The notes under the pieces: generated by a model
The model's input: only the letters and a program-made list of their open reading frames with translations
The model's database searches: none
Told to the model about the DNA's origin: nothing
Program-made: the position numbers and the translations under genes
Part shown: one piece after another, positions 25,001 to 40,000 of the stretch
Position numbering within the stretch: the stretch's first letter is position 1
Layout: each line of letters opens with the position of its first letter
Source: Balanoglossus misakiensis
Lineage: Eukaryota; Animalia; Hemichordata
Assembly: GCA_040954595.2 (NCBI GenBank)
Contig: CM082576.2
Location: 8,807,129 to 8,871,128, forward strand
DNA: 64,000 nt
Direction: 5' to 3'

Positions 25001-28000
25001 CTGCCTGTGCCAAGGAGCACATTAATCAGAGTTTTCCCACAATCTGCACTCGATGTTTAGAGTAAAATCCGGACACTAACTGCGCTGTGGAGCGTCGACT
25101 CCCGATAAAAACACCCAACCGTTATCTCTTCAGAGATGGAACTGTGAATACTTACTTCTTGCACGGACAAACACACAATCCGCAGCACTTCTCCAGACCT
25201 GTCAGATTCTTCTCAGCCTCTCTCATATCAGTATTGATTTGGTCCATGCCTTCCTCGATACGATCCAATTGCTCTGCAAAACAATGCCAATATAGAACTT
25301 TCAGTTGGAGTTTCTGCACATTACCCTGGTCATGCAGCAATAACCATCTCCAGTACTGCAGCTTTGAGACACAAAATATCAAACATCTAGGTTAACATAG
25401 AGGCTTTAAATATTAGTTGCTATTTTATCTAATAGATGTAAACACCAAACTCTCGAGTTGCTAGTCTATTTTTACACTATTGTATAAATCCACTATCTAC
25501 ATTATAAATTCAACAGTATTTACTATTACCAATTTAAATATTTCAGTTAAATTCCTTCGATCTCTCTCACTCTGCACCTTCATCTTCAGTTTAACCACAA
25601 TGCATTCGATTTTCAAAATTTTGGAGACAATTGTTGATTTTGATGTAAAAAACAACAACAAAACTTACACACAGAAAGTTCAGGTCAGTTTTTCAGAGTT
25701 CTTCAAATTTATACACGTCCCCAAAATTTCAAATTTGAACACACGTGGCTAGACTGATGTGAATCCAAGAAACTGATTGGAGGATGTCCGAACTACTCAA
25801 TGCAAGGAGGGTAATTTCTCGCTATCCTGTTACAAATACTACTGCTAGTTCCTGAAATACACCAACAACAATAAAACAGAAGATCTTCTAACTAACTTTT
25901 TACCAATAGTATCTACAATAATGCACCAACTTCTCAAAAATGCAACTAACTACCATTAGAGTGCTTTAATAGTATTCAAACATATCAGTCCTTCGATCAT
26001 CATGCTAGCCAGAACGTCAAGCACACATTTGAATTACCAGACTGGTGCTATTCATTCTCCTACCGGTACTACCGTACTTGGGTGAGAATTGCTACATAAA
26101 CTAGTGACAGGGTGGATTCTAAATGCTAACACCATCACATCAGTATGTATCCAAAACATTTCCTATGCTTCAAACAATTGTGCCCTATATCTCCAACTGT
26201 CCATGCATCTAAAACACATAGGTCTAGCTAATTTACTGGCCCAGGTTTTTTTTAATGAAAGTATCTTTGGGAGAAGCAACAACTAAATTTAGTCCAGCAT
26301 AATGTGCAATTCATCATGAAATAAAATCCAGTATATCACGTTTAAATTGATATTATGTCCATCACAATACTAATGAACCATTTAATATGACCTTTGTGTT
26401 CAACGCTGATAGTCTAGTGAACTTTGCAGATGATAATCCATTACACCTTCCGGAGAATCGGCACTCTCCATTTTACTCAAGGGACGATGCATTTAGTATA
26501 ACCCTCGCAAATGTCTGATTCTATTTTTTCCCTTCAAATCTGCATCTGATGGTAAAGCGATGCAGTTGGGGGCATATTTTCCAGACTTTTATGTGACACT
26601 TCCAGCTGTGGACGTTGTTTAAAGAGACACTGCCATGCTTTGCTGTCTGAGCACTAGGTGATAACTTGTCTACAGGTCTTTCTTAGAAGATGAATGAAAT
26701 ACACCATCTGAAAAGCATGGATGATGTTGACATCGCAGGTATATTGCTTCATCCAGCAACATTTCATTCACATTTTGAGAGAAGTGTTCAGACACTGTCA
26801 CTGCCTCTAATTGGGTCATAATTTGGCTAATCACAAACTGTTCAACCTCAAAGAAATGGATTTATTGAAGGAGAAAAAAGAATAGCTGATGATACATTGA
26901 AATGTTTGGAAGGTGTAGCTTGAGTGGCATCTTGATATTAACCCTTTCACCACCATGGTTAAGCCCAAACCCATTGTTTTCTGTGGTAAGTTTGGACCTC
27001 TATAGAGTGAACGGGGGCGAAATGGTTATAAGCTGAGCTAGTTGCATTATTCGCAATATGTGCTGAATAAATTGTTTGGCAGAAGAGATTTCTGCAAACT
27101 GATGAGCATGATGAGTGGGTCATAGCAGCACAGTGACTCTGCTTTTCAGTCTGAAGGAAGTGAGGTCGACTGATTTCATTACGCTCAGACTTTAAACGGT
27201 GAAAAGTGGCATTGTTAAAGATGGTGCTTTTGGATGTAGCTATATGTGCTTTAAATCGCCATCAAATGGTGCTGAAAGCAGAACATGCCTTGGCTGTGCT
27301 CGACACTTTACAGCTGTGAATGAGCCATGCAATTATATTGTGCAGACTGGTTTGCTGGTAGTAAAAATGGGGAATTTCGAATTTCTGCGCATTGCATGCT
27401 CACATTAAAAAAAAAAAGATGGCCAAGCGACTCTTTCTACGACAGTGCACCTGAACAGCAGCAAGATTGCATTCGGTCAACGATCCAATTTTTTGCTATC
27501 TGTCGGTATGGGGGACACGAACGAGATCACGATGATCATGCAGCCTCATCTCCATGCGGGTCAGCATCTCAAAAGCAGATAGCATCGCACAGATACCGAG
27601 TGTTTTTCAAGTCCGCTGAGAATGTACATAAGTCCCCTCCATCTATGCCGTGACCTTGCTGTATTAATCCTCATTAAGACATATCTGACATCATCATCAT
27701 GTCCGTGTTATAGTTTCAATTCACACGCAGGAACGACATGGCGCTCCCGTTTGACATTTCACCCTTAGGCTAGTCGCGCGCGCACACAGACAGGAAGTTA
27801 CTCATGCATACTACAGAGAGCATACAACGTGCGCTAAACGATGCACAAACTTGGAATTTATAGCAGCGTGCATGATACATGTGACTACTCGAGAGAGATA
27901 GAGAGATGACTCTGCATGCATTAAAGTTGTCATTGGATAATTAAGCACAGCACGGCACACCAAACACCGATAACATGTAAGGGGTGGGGGTTTATTCATT

Positions 28001-31000
28001 TGCATATGAATATAAAGCAACCATCAATATTGAATTTTTTTTCTGCTTTTAAAAACTATAGTTAGTTCTTGTCTATGCTTTATTATAGATGCTGACAATA
28101 GAGTAGAAAAAGCAGACAAAAGACCTGCGTAATGGGTTGGACAATTTGCACATTAAGACAGCTAATGGGATGACAGTGTCAACTTAAATGGGACTATCAT
28201 CGCCACAGACCACAAAATACGTTGTGTGTAATCGCCAGACTACTTGCTTGAACAAGAAAAGAAAAAAACACTCAGGAACATAAAATGGGTGGAGGGGAGA
28301 GTTTCAAAAATAAATTAAAAACACTTTTGATCCGTCACCTCCTTGCTCATCCAACATTACAAGAGTGTTGATGCCAGCCTCTTTGCTCTGATGAAGTAAA
28401 GTAGAGCAGCAAGTGCAAGAGAGAGAGAAAAGAGAATATCAAGAGAAAGAGAGAGAAAAAAACAAATAATCTGTTTAGGAATACCGTATATAAATTGCAA
28501 ATGATTTCACCCAGTAATTACTGCACAAACGCAACATCCAGCCGTGATTTACAACTGCATACTCTTTGCTTTCATAGGTGTTTTTATGTCATACAGGAGT
28601 ATATTTTACGATTGATAGTTTGGGCAGTGTGTTGTTTTGCGCAGTAAGTACTGGGGGTGTGATGAGGCAATGTGCCTCAGTTCAGATATCCAAAGTCCTT
28701 ACCTCCTTGTTCATCCAACATAACTATAGTCTTGATACCCATATCCTGACTCTACAAAGTGTAAAATAACACGTACAGCAGGAACAAGCCACGGATAGGA
28801 GCAAAGAAACCAGGCACACATATAATATGAACGATAAACAAAAGAGGGGTTAGGATTCGGGGGAACTGGGGGGGGGGGGAGAAGGCTGGGGAGTGTGGTT
28901 GCTAGGTCGGATGGCTTAAAGATTGGTAGAATTACTGTAAAACATGAAATTTTCGCGAATGAAAAATTCTCCCGAACTTCCCGAGAGCCAGAAAAATGAG
29001 GAAATAAATTGACAGTGCAGTTAGTGAAATAACCTCTGTTCACCTCTGCGAAAATTTCCCATTTTACAGTACATGTATATATCAAAACTAAATGGCTGTT
29101 GGCAGCCCTTCAGTGAAATTTGAAATAGTTAAATCATAGAAAGGAATGTAATCTTGGTATTAAAAGAGTATATATCACACAGACATTTGACGTTCAAGTT
29201 AAAAAAAAAATCAGAGAGAACAGGATGATATACCATGTACGGTATGCTTCTGTAAAGAGTTCACACACATGCTACTTGTTGGCTTTCTACAATATATACA
29301 TGCATCCAAACACACACAGCCAACCAGCCACACAAGTGATGGCATATGGCATATTGACCCAATCAAAACATATGGTGAGCATTATTACTTCCAAATATTC
29401 ACAATACTGCAAATAATCAATAATATTGTCAAAACAAAAATGTGAAAACCACGCAGGCACAGTTTATAGAGCTTGCCATCAATCTAAATTCTTTCAATTT
29501 TCCAGTTTGTAGTTTGGCTTGCCTTTTATAACTGTATGTACTCTTGAAACAGTATTGAGGATTTATTTTGGTATTATTCCCTGACAACTATTAATACAAA
29601 TATGGCAGCTCGTTGGATGCGAAACTGGTGTGTGAATTGAGGCAGGGGGTCAGGGGCAACATGTATTCATGAGGCTAGGTCCAGTTTGTATCTGAATGCA
29701 ATGAAATAAAGTGCACTCAATATTAATACCCGAGGAATGATAATCAATCAGGATTAAGCTAGCATTTTAATCAATGAAGAATAAAGGTGCTATTATTTTT
29801 TCAAGGTGACACCTGTCATTGTCATTAACTTCATTCATCAATTCATAATAAAAATTTCTCTGCGTACAGGGAGATGGTACGACGGTTCTGCCCTTTATGT
29901 TTTAATGATCACAGTTTTTGACTGAAGTGGATGAATATATCTCGCAGAAGTGAAGTACTGTTGGGTTGAATGGAGGCCAGACTCAAGCCGTTAAAATCTA
30001 AGCTCTATTACTACTTCACTCCCCAAGAATCAACATGCAATGCCAGTCACATATCTGAGCCTCTATCAATGAGCTTACAGTCGGGTGAAACGCAAAGTGA
30101 TATGTGTAACTGCGGTCCATTTCACGTCATCAAAGTCAAGTCAGGTGACACAAGCCTTGCACATTAGCCATTTTACTTATGGGCAACTACATCATCTTAA
30201 GAGGTCAAGACAAGAAGTTTCCTTTTCAAACATTGATGAAGCCGCTAGTTTTGCGTCAGCAAAGTTTCTCAACTGGAACACTTAGAAAAACATCAATGCC
30301 GCTGTCATGGTGGAACAAGGGCCGATTTCATTAAAAGAAAAGACTTCAAGCACTGTGGATGAATATTAATAAGCTCCATCAAAAGTGAAAATGGGTAACT
30401 GAGATCTGACAGGGTAACAGAAAGAAGAATGTCTGGCTACTGCTTGGCAGTGGTCAACAAGGTGAATTCAATTTAATTTGGCAATTTTCAGGAGAATTAC
30501 CATCGCCTTCTGCTAGATTCTGCCTAAGTTAATTAGATTTCTGGACACTGTAATGTAGGATAATGTTTAATGATTTGTCAGAGTGATTAAATCTGAAATT
30601 TAACGTGGGCGGACCTGTCAATATCTGTTCAAAAATTAAAAAGTTAACAAAAAACGTAATTTCTCTCAGAATTGCCAGTCCAGCAACATGTGATCTGTCA
30701 GCTTAGATTACTAAAAATCTGTAACGTGACTGATTATGACAGATCTGACTGTCGAAAGGCATTAATGATTCATTCATGGGTTTTTAATTTCGCCATTTTC
30801 ACCAGATGATAAATCAATTCAAGCGAACCCCTGTGAAACTGTAAAAGAAATGGTAGAACGTATAGATTAATGGTAAAAATCAATGAATTTATAATTATAT
30901 GCCCCTAACACTGTAATAGCAAAATTAAATTCAAGTTAATTAGCATTGGTGTGTTTAGAGTATGTGGGAGTGACTACACTGCTAATTTAACGATAAATAT

Positions 31001-34000
31001 TATTATAGTTCAAGCATCCACTTAACTACATTTTTGCGTGAAACAAATTATAATTACCGGGTAGACCAAACATTTTTGGTTTGTTAATTCCTGATAGCCT
31101 TGTCCAAAGCCTACAACTGATCTTTCATATAGACGCAATGTTATTTGTTACTCTTACAATCTCACTAAATCAATTGAAAACTTTCAGCATGTACTTTGTG
31201 GTAACAAGCCAAAGTACACTTTTAGAGATTATTGATCCTGGCATCTCAATCAATGCATCGATGGCTTACACAACCCAATATCCACAACCGATCAATGTCG
31301 CTTGCAGTTTAGAATAACACCTAATGAATAATTCATGTCATATTATTGCACAAAATTGATGTGCAAATGTTTATTTTCGGGCATGAATCAAGCTTTCATC
31401 TTCCCCCCCCCCCCTTCATTTTTTACATCGTAAATTTAGCCTTGCTTTCAATACATCAGTCATAGTGACGTTACATGTGCATCTCTGAATTTGGCAAATA
31501 CTTTATGACATGGAAATGTCATAGCATTTGACTTGGTGGCATATGCCCATTCAAATTAGCTGTGATTCACACACCAATTTGCATTCATTATTTCACCAAA
31601 TGGAACAGTAATTGACCGACGTTTACCGCGACTTATTTTGTAACAGGTTAAAATCAGCATCCACCACTGATGAAAATCCTTTCTGGTTGAATATCATTTT
31701 GGCCGACATTAAATGTTTAGGATGCCCGTATCAATTCCTTTAACGGTACTTATCAGATGGCTATCAAATTATGGAAGCTTTTGTGTGGCTGGCACTGTGT
31801 AATACAGGAAACATTCACAATCATATCGAACATACTGGCTTACACTCAACGTAGCACACAGAGAATGGTGGAAAGAACACAGAAATGTAAAAGGAAGACT
31901 CTTGTATCCAAAGCTTGCACACACAAAACAATCTGGTCATAAAATGGACATTATATGTATAATTGCAAATTGGAAGTGATGTCCACCAACCTCTTCTGCC
32001 ATCTGCAGCATACGCCGTGTACTCTCCAGGGACTGCAGAAAAAGGGGAGAAAAAATGAAATAAATACTTGTGGACAAACATTTTGGGCAAAATTAGCCCA
32101 GTCTTGGATTTTAAGTATTTTGTAATAATTTGAAGTGTGTCCAGTTGAAGAATAGTTTGTAGAGTACTTCATACAGATACAGATTAAGTATACTAATGTG
32201 TACATTAGGTAATCACTAATACATCAATTGAAATAGTCTAATTTTTTCATTAACTGTTAAAACAAGCATTATGGCAGGTGTGAGAGATGTCTGGTACAGA
32301 TAAAAGATTCCATCATTTTCCCCCATGGCAAGCGATTGTTATGCAACCATGCCAATCCAAATTCAAAAGATGAATGCAGATGTATCACGCAACTCTCGTA
32401 CATATCATTTTGAACAATTCATTCATGCACCATTTTAAAATTCCAATCATAGCACATAAAAGTTATAAAAATTAAAATATGACTGTGCTTCACACTTCTT
32501 TTGTTCAAAGGCCTCTCAATATTTCATCCTGCTTTTTACCAGAAGATAACCCTTGCAATAACAGTAACAAGGCTAGTAAGAGGGAGTTGTATAAAATGTG
32601 ATTGGCTCCATCATGCAGGGAATATGCTACTTATAGTTGAGAGTGAAGATCATAAAAGAGGGAAAGAGTAGTTTTAACCCTTGGGGATTAAAACATTAGA
32701 TTATATGGGTTAATGTCTGGTTAGTCTTGATACCTTGCTTCCGGTAATTAAACCATCAAATGAAGCACTCGGTGATGCAAGTTATTTGGTTAAAATGTTT
32801 TAACACCATACACACGCTGATTGAAAGTGTGTACATTTATATGTATCACAGGTAAGGCTTTGATGTTGTGTTATAAAAGGGCAGTGCATCTGGGAATGAC
32901 TGAAATGTCAGCTGGACTGACATGTAACCAAGAAGGGTCCTCTTTGGTTAATCCATCTTTATCACAGTCTTTCTCCCGACAGATTTCTATTCTCAATTCA
33001 AGCCTTCATAACTGCTTGATAGTAAAGCAAACACTTGGAATTGACGTTTTATCAGACTTGGTATCTCCTACCACCAATTCAGCCAGCAGCACATTTCAAT
33101 TTCGCACAACGTACTGCCTACATGGTGACAAAGAATCTCTCAAGGTGAGAGAATTAAAGAAAGGGAAGTGACACATTGAAAGATGAGTGGGTGGTTGTTC
33201 CAAATGACTACGACTGCTCTTTTGGTACTGTTTTTTATTTTATTTTATCTCCCTAAGTGGTTGTAATCTACTACTACTTTATCACTGGTGGGGTTGGTAG
33301 ATGAATGATGTGCACGCTTCGCACATTACAATTTTTCATGATGACAAAAACTTCACGTTGCATCAAAATTTATTGTGACATGTGATTTTTCGTGAACAAT
33401 TAAAACTTGTTTCGTACATACCGGTATTACTAACTTATAGAATGTTAATCGTTTCCTGCATTCCAAGGATTTTTTTTTTGCACATGATATGCGTACATAT
33501 ATGCATGCATGTGTAGATCAAATTTGTACCACCTACACCACACTGTAAAATCTGGCTACTCATGTTCCTAAACCAATACATGTACCTCCTACAATTAGTA
33601 TGCGACTCAGGTGGTGTGCAGGGGATGGACATTATTGACATTTAGTGATCGCCATCAGGCATCTAAAGTGTAACAGCCACGATGACCACGACTGCCAGTC
33701 ATATTGGCTCAGTTCAAGTTTCTGACTGCAACAATCGATGGCATGAATAATAAAATATGACTTTTAGCCGCAATTGACATCAACTCATGGTTGTTATCCG
33801 CGAGGATCACAGCCAATGATGGATGCACTAATAGTTCTCATTTTATAACAAACATCCCCTGTGCATGATCTACATCACGTCTTTCCTGAATATTGACACA
33901 CTACATAAATTTGTTACGAATTACTTCTGACGACAAGCTCTTTTCATCAATTTATTGGCTCTGTGTGTCCTCTAATTCAAAGTATGCTGTCGCTCAGTGA

Positions 34001-37000
34001 AACATCTTTACGGCGAAGCTGCTGCCAAGTCTGTGTGAAGGCGACTTCTTTGTTGACAGATATTTCACGAATGACTCGCTTTGATGTCATTCTGAAGGAA
34101 ACAGGCACTGATTTGATGTTAAAAATCACAACAGTTATTGCAAAGCAACTTCATTCTGTGTGAGATGGTGGCAGATCTTCATGTTCAAGACACACTGAAA
34201 TACAAGATACTATGAGTTCAGGGGAGAAGATGCTCATATCTTTTGCCGATCTGATTCACAGTAAAACAAAGGTGAACATATTTGATATTTTTGTAATAAT
34301 GATTTACACAAATTCGTCACAAAGCTTTCGCCACTGCAAACTGGCAATGGCAAGTAATAAATCAGTGCTCTCAGCATTTTGGAAATAAATGTCACAGTTC
34401 AGTATTCTCAAATAAGATATTTACCCCTCTAAATCATGTCAATATTGCCATGTTGAATGGAATTTCAAACTGGTAGACCAGAAGAAACACATGAAAATCA
34501 AAAAGACAAACCAAATGGCTTCTTCGAATTGCCTCTTATAGAATGGAAGAAAAGAAAAGACATGTTCTTTTGGTGGAAGTGGTAAAGAGAAGGCTCAATA
34601 TAATGAAACGATCTGATATATACTGGTAGTTACCATGGTATTTGCACAGTGCATTAAAAAAATGTGGCTATTTGCTCAAGATGTATTGCAGCGATATGAA
34701 TCACTAGAACCAGGAGATATGCAATCACAATGTACAGCTAAAATTACTTCTCCACTTGGGCATTAATTTTCCGTGATATTTATGAGTATATAACCAGTGG
34801 CCAGTTTTGAAAGATTGTCCACTGAAATTCGGGTAGCTGTTTACTTGTTCAGGTTTTGGTTATTAAATAAAAGCCTTCAAAACAACAATAAGAACTGCTT
34901 CTTGATTGATTGATTGATTGATTGATCAATGTCATAACAGCAGTAGCTCGGCTTGTTCGACAGGCACTGAGTATATTCACATGCAACCAAGATGAACTCG
35001 CGAGAACACTCCAGGATGCAGTAAAACAGGTTGTATATGCAAGTGCTAATGATTTCAGACTTAAAAATCGATGCCAGTGCAATAGACATAAATATTAGGA
35101 AGGAGTCTGTCAGTAAATTGGAGTTCGAAGTGCTACACATGTATATTAACTAATGAAACGACATAATTGCAAGGCTGAATGTTTACATATCCCTGCATTT
35201 CCAGACAGTATACTACATGTATAGCATGATGGATGGTAAACACTGCCGTACAGAATAAACTCATCTATCTCCCAGAAGTCTTATAAAAAGTCTCCAGTGA
35301 CATGAACAAACAGTAGGTGTACAAACAATTCTTTGGCTCACGTAGCATTCAATATTTATATTCCTCACAAATGGCACAGCGATATAAAAAGCATGGTACA
35401 GGATATATCTGACATATTTCCATGAATCTGTCACTTAATTCTTGGGACTGCATTCTGCCAGATCAAAGGTAGCGACGACTCCATGGTGGCTATAAATAGA
35501 AAGTTCTAAGGGCAGTTCATACAGGTTGTGATATAAATATATTCATTTTCATCGAACTTTTATATATGGCTCTATGTATAAATTGATTGAAGGGTCAAAT
35601 GAATATGGCTTCGCTAAACATGTTTACCAGCTATAGCCATGGGCAAAGACACATGTTTAGTCTTGTTATGGGCATGGTAACTGCTACATACATGTAATTG
35701 ATTTGTGTAGATGATAAACTTTAATTTTTTTATCATAACGTCATCACTTAGTACAATAGCACCTTTAACACTCTCTATAAGTTTAACAAGCAGTTGGGGT
35801 GAGCATTTTATTACAAGTGCATGGTCATGATGCAGTAAAATTATATGCATTTTCACTGAAATAAAGGATTTTTTTTCATTTGTGACTGTTATACTGGTAT
35901 ACATGATATTGAGTCAATATTTTTCTGACTTGTTCATAATATAATGATACTCGTGTCTTCTGAATTTAGCTTGGCTATAGGGAGAGTAATAGAAGAACAG
36001 ACAGAAGCTACATAGACATTTGAGTTTAGCCAGTGGTTGTGAGGGTGTCTTCACTGGTAGAACACTTTCCATGTTCGTCTTAGATTTGCAGTTTTGCAAA
36101 CTGAAATGCTAATTATATCCTCATCATCCAGAACCCTTTTACTGCATGACTTTGGGCAAACAGGGCCACTTTACTGCTAATTGTTTAAGTCTTAGCAAGT
36201 TTGCTAGGTACACTATCGCCTGAAAGTATTTTTCATTTGAGTTTAAATCCTGCACCATTTGCAAATGCCAAAGTGCCATCTGCATCAAGCAGTTCACGTC
36301 ACCAAGTCATTCACAGCAACAGACATTTAGATGATTGTAGATTTCTTGTCAACACAGCAAGAGACAACACTACGCGCACACAGACAGAAACCTAGTATAG
36401 ACCTCTTTGCCATTTACGTCTAGTGATTCTAAATCCTGCTGGTGATGGTCTCATCGTCACACACGGTACAACGGGCACACCAGTCTGTCACTGATACGTT
36501 TAAATCTTTAAGTGCTCCATTCAGGAACCCCGCACCAGTGAATCCAGGCAACAACAGCACAAATGAATTATGATTCTTCAGATTATCACCATGGAAAGAT
36601 GTTTATAAGCACAAGTGTATCAGGTCTGCACAGTGCATTGTCATCAGTCTGAACTCTGGGTGAATGCACTAATAGAAGAAAGATTTTCTATTAATCTGTG
36701 TCTGATTTTTATGGTTATTAAGTATTTCCATTTCAAGAATTCATATTGTGCAGAAACATGATACAGTGTCACAGAGGTTTTAAGTAATGGAAAGTTCTGC
36801 CTCACAATGATACCAAATAAACCTCCATGTTATTTTTCATCCTCAGAATTTGTTAATTCATATATTTCAGAAATCGAATTACAGGTAATCCTTCTTTTCC
36901 CCATCTACTTGACTTTATGAAAATAAAAAGCCCTGCACGCCCACTGTCCTGTCATGCACTGTGAATATTACTGCAATGCACAGACGGGCATGCACAGGTA

Positions 37001-40000
37001 ACTGCTTGCAAGAACATAGGCATACATACATGTATGCAATTGCATGCACATCTCTTACATCCACATCCCTATATACACATACATTGATCCTGCCCAACGT
37101 GAAACATGTGACCTTTCCAAACAATCGAAGATTCATGCTGCCTGTGCCTAAGGAGATTGATTTTTCAAAAATGTTTTCTCCTCTCCGATATGCTTCATGA
37201 TATATATAATAACTCGCTTCTATCTTCTCACCTGTTACCTTGGTAACGAGTATATTCCATATAAACTGACCTGCTTTCACTCTCTTACTCATTTTCTCGA
37301 GATTGAGCCTCCGAGTTCTACAAAAACCTAAAAAGCACGAATGCTGATCAGCAGTGAAAATAAATTTGGTACTAGCAGCAATTTTTTTAATGATAGTAGG
37401 GCATTTATCAGACAGCGCTGATAGTCCAAATAATTGATTCTTTTTTATATTAGAACTCCTTTGCTCTTCATCTAGTCACAATTTCAGCTAGGCTAGGGGC
37501 ACAAGTGCAAGTCCAATTTAAGATAAAACTTTATATCTTTTTTAAACTTGTCTGTGAACAGTGGCAGAACATGTCAAGGTATAGCTACAAATGATGGCAT
37601 GTCCTTGGGTGGCAAATTATGCCCATCCATCAATTGATTCAATATCCATCATGATTAACTTTCTGAATAAATTTACCGATGTGTTGTTTCTGTACAATAG
37701 TAGACTCAGGGTAATACTCTCATGGACCCCCATGTGAATACAAAATGTTAATCAGTATATTAAAGAATTATTTAAAACAGATTTTCCCCATGCAATTAAT
37801 CGGCCATACCTGTCAAACTTTCAGCACAATTGAACATTAGCATGTCCGATGAAACACTGAAGGCTTGATCAAATTCAGTGCAGTGAGTTCAAATTCATGT
37901 GTAGCCTAATACTAGTATTGCATATTCTTTTTTAGTATACAATGACTGATTAATCTGCATGCCACACCTATCTAAATCTCACCATAATTACATGTTACTA
38001 TGTCTGGTGCAGCTTTAAAGCTTTGTTCAAATTCAATGTGGGGTTTATAACTATAACGTAAACACATGTTAAAACATGCAAATGAGCTATTAATATGGAT
38101 GCCATATCAACCAAACTCAATATGAAATAAAATAATATGTATTATGTATGATTAATAAAACCCTAAATTCAGTCAAATCAGTTCTGATATAGCCTAATAC
38201 ATTAAATATGCAAATTACCAGTACTTATATGAATATTATGCCCACAAAAGTCTCTGATGGTTTGTTCCATCATTTTTCAGTGTGGTTAGTTTTGATATAT
38301 GGACCAGTTGCAAAAAGATTGTTGAAATATGAAGTTGAGCCAGTAATCTTCATAACGATAATTACCCCTGATAGTTTCGTCGATTTCAGTGTAGTTATTT
38401 GATATACGGCCCAGTTGCAAAGTTTTGTCAAATTTGCAGTTGAGCCAGTAATCTCCAGAACATGCTCACCAAACTTTCATAAAATTATTATATTACAGTA
38501 ATGACTGTACCCCTAGAGGTTTGGTCAAATTCAGATAGAATATGTCTGGAGTTACCTGACAACACCGTTTCCAACCATTCCATCACTACAGTATCTCATG
38601 CTGCAGAGGGCCATGCTTGATGAAATAATTTCATCCTTTGTTCATGGACACCCAAGATAACCATGAGCACTGCTCAAACAAGCGGGGAATTATGTATTAG
38701 ATCTGAAGATGCAATCAGACTCAGTGCCCGACACAATAACCGCGAGACATGAATCTTGCAGAGCAAGAAAATAGCCAGCTATAGGCAGAGATAATAAAAC
38801 CTATAGACAATAATGGATTTCAGATGGAGGGGAAAGTCTCGATTCCCACGGAGTGATGTAAGATTGTGATTCCCACGGAGTGATGCAATATTATTCTGAT
38901 AATTCATTAACTGGAGTCGGGATTTGTCATTAAATCAACCAAGCAGAAATTAGCTCATTAAATGGCGAGATTTTGATATCCGATATAAATAATTGAGATG
39001 AAAACTATTAGGCCTGTGCCAGTAGCGCTTTAGTGTAATCCCGTTCTTTGTGCAAGAAATGCTAGGTCTATCTTATTTTTTTTAATACAGGGCCTACGTG
39101 TACTTGTTATTCAAACTATGATGCATGAGAATCTCCGCGAGTATAGGCACCTCTGGTGACTTTTTGCTTCAGTTTTGGAAACACTTAACTTCTTCACCTG
39201 TCAGTGTCTGTGTGGCAAGTGTTATTCTCAGAAATGTATCGTCCCTCATTCAATAAAGAAACTGACCCCAGGAAGGTTAATTGACGACGAGTCAATTGGG
39301 AAGGGTTATTATTCAGTTAGTTTGTATCACCTACTGTCCATGCTGTCACTGTACTGTGTATCTCTAGGTGCTGGTAACCATGGAAACATACACTGAAAGC
39401 AGCAGAAACATCACAGGTTTTTGCTTACATCTGCACTTTTCAAATGTGTTATTCTTGTGTAGAGAGTATGGGAGTTCATGCAAGCAGACCATCTCAAAAC
39501 TTAGGTTGGGTAGTGACTTTTTTATTTTAAAGCTGTAAATTTAAGTTGAACCCAAATCACTTTGCAAATTCTCCTGGGGGTTGTTACAATGACAATTATG
39601 CCCCTTTTCTTCGGATTTGTGTACTGTCCCTTTTTGTGCCAAGTACGGAGGCTGAAGTACGTGGAAAGAAACCAGCAAACAATCAAGCCCTCTCACTACC
39701 AGACACCTTAGCAGCTAATTGAGCCATAAGGACGACACAGGGTGATGTGCTTATAAATCAGTCATCTGAATATCACCTCAGTAGGCAGATTCAAAAATTG
39801 GTTGTCATGAGGTCATTACAAAATGACAGAGAGAATACCTAAAAATAGGCCTCTGTCACAAATACAGCGCATTTTTTCTCTCTCTTTAAATTCCACCGGG
39901 AAATAAGAAATTTAAATAGGAGAAAACTACTGTCTTGTGACTAAGGAAACACAGGTGTCTTATTTCAGAACAACTCGCAAGATGTAAATTTTGCTTAAAA

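Noticed and set aside
23242-28338. A vertebrate-style duplicated exon 5 (SNAP25a/b)
   Set aside because: Only one Cys-cluster exon (25273-25156) was found in the flanking introns.
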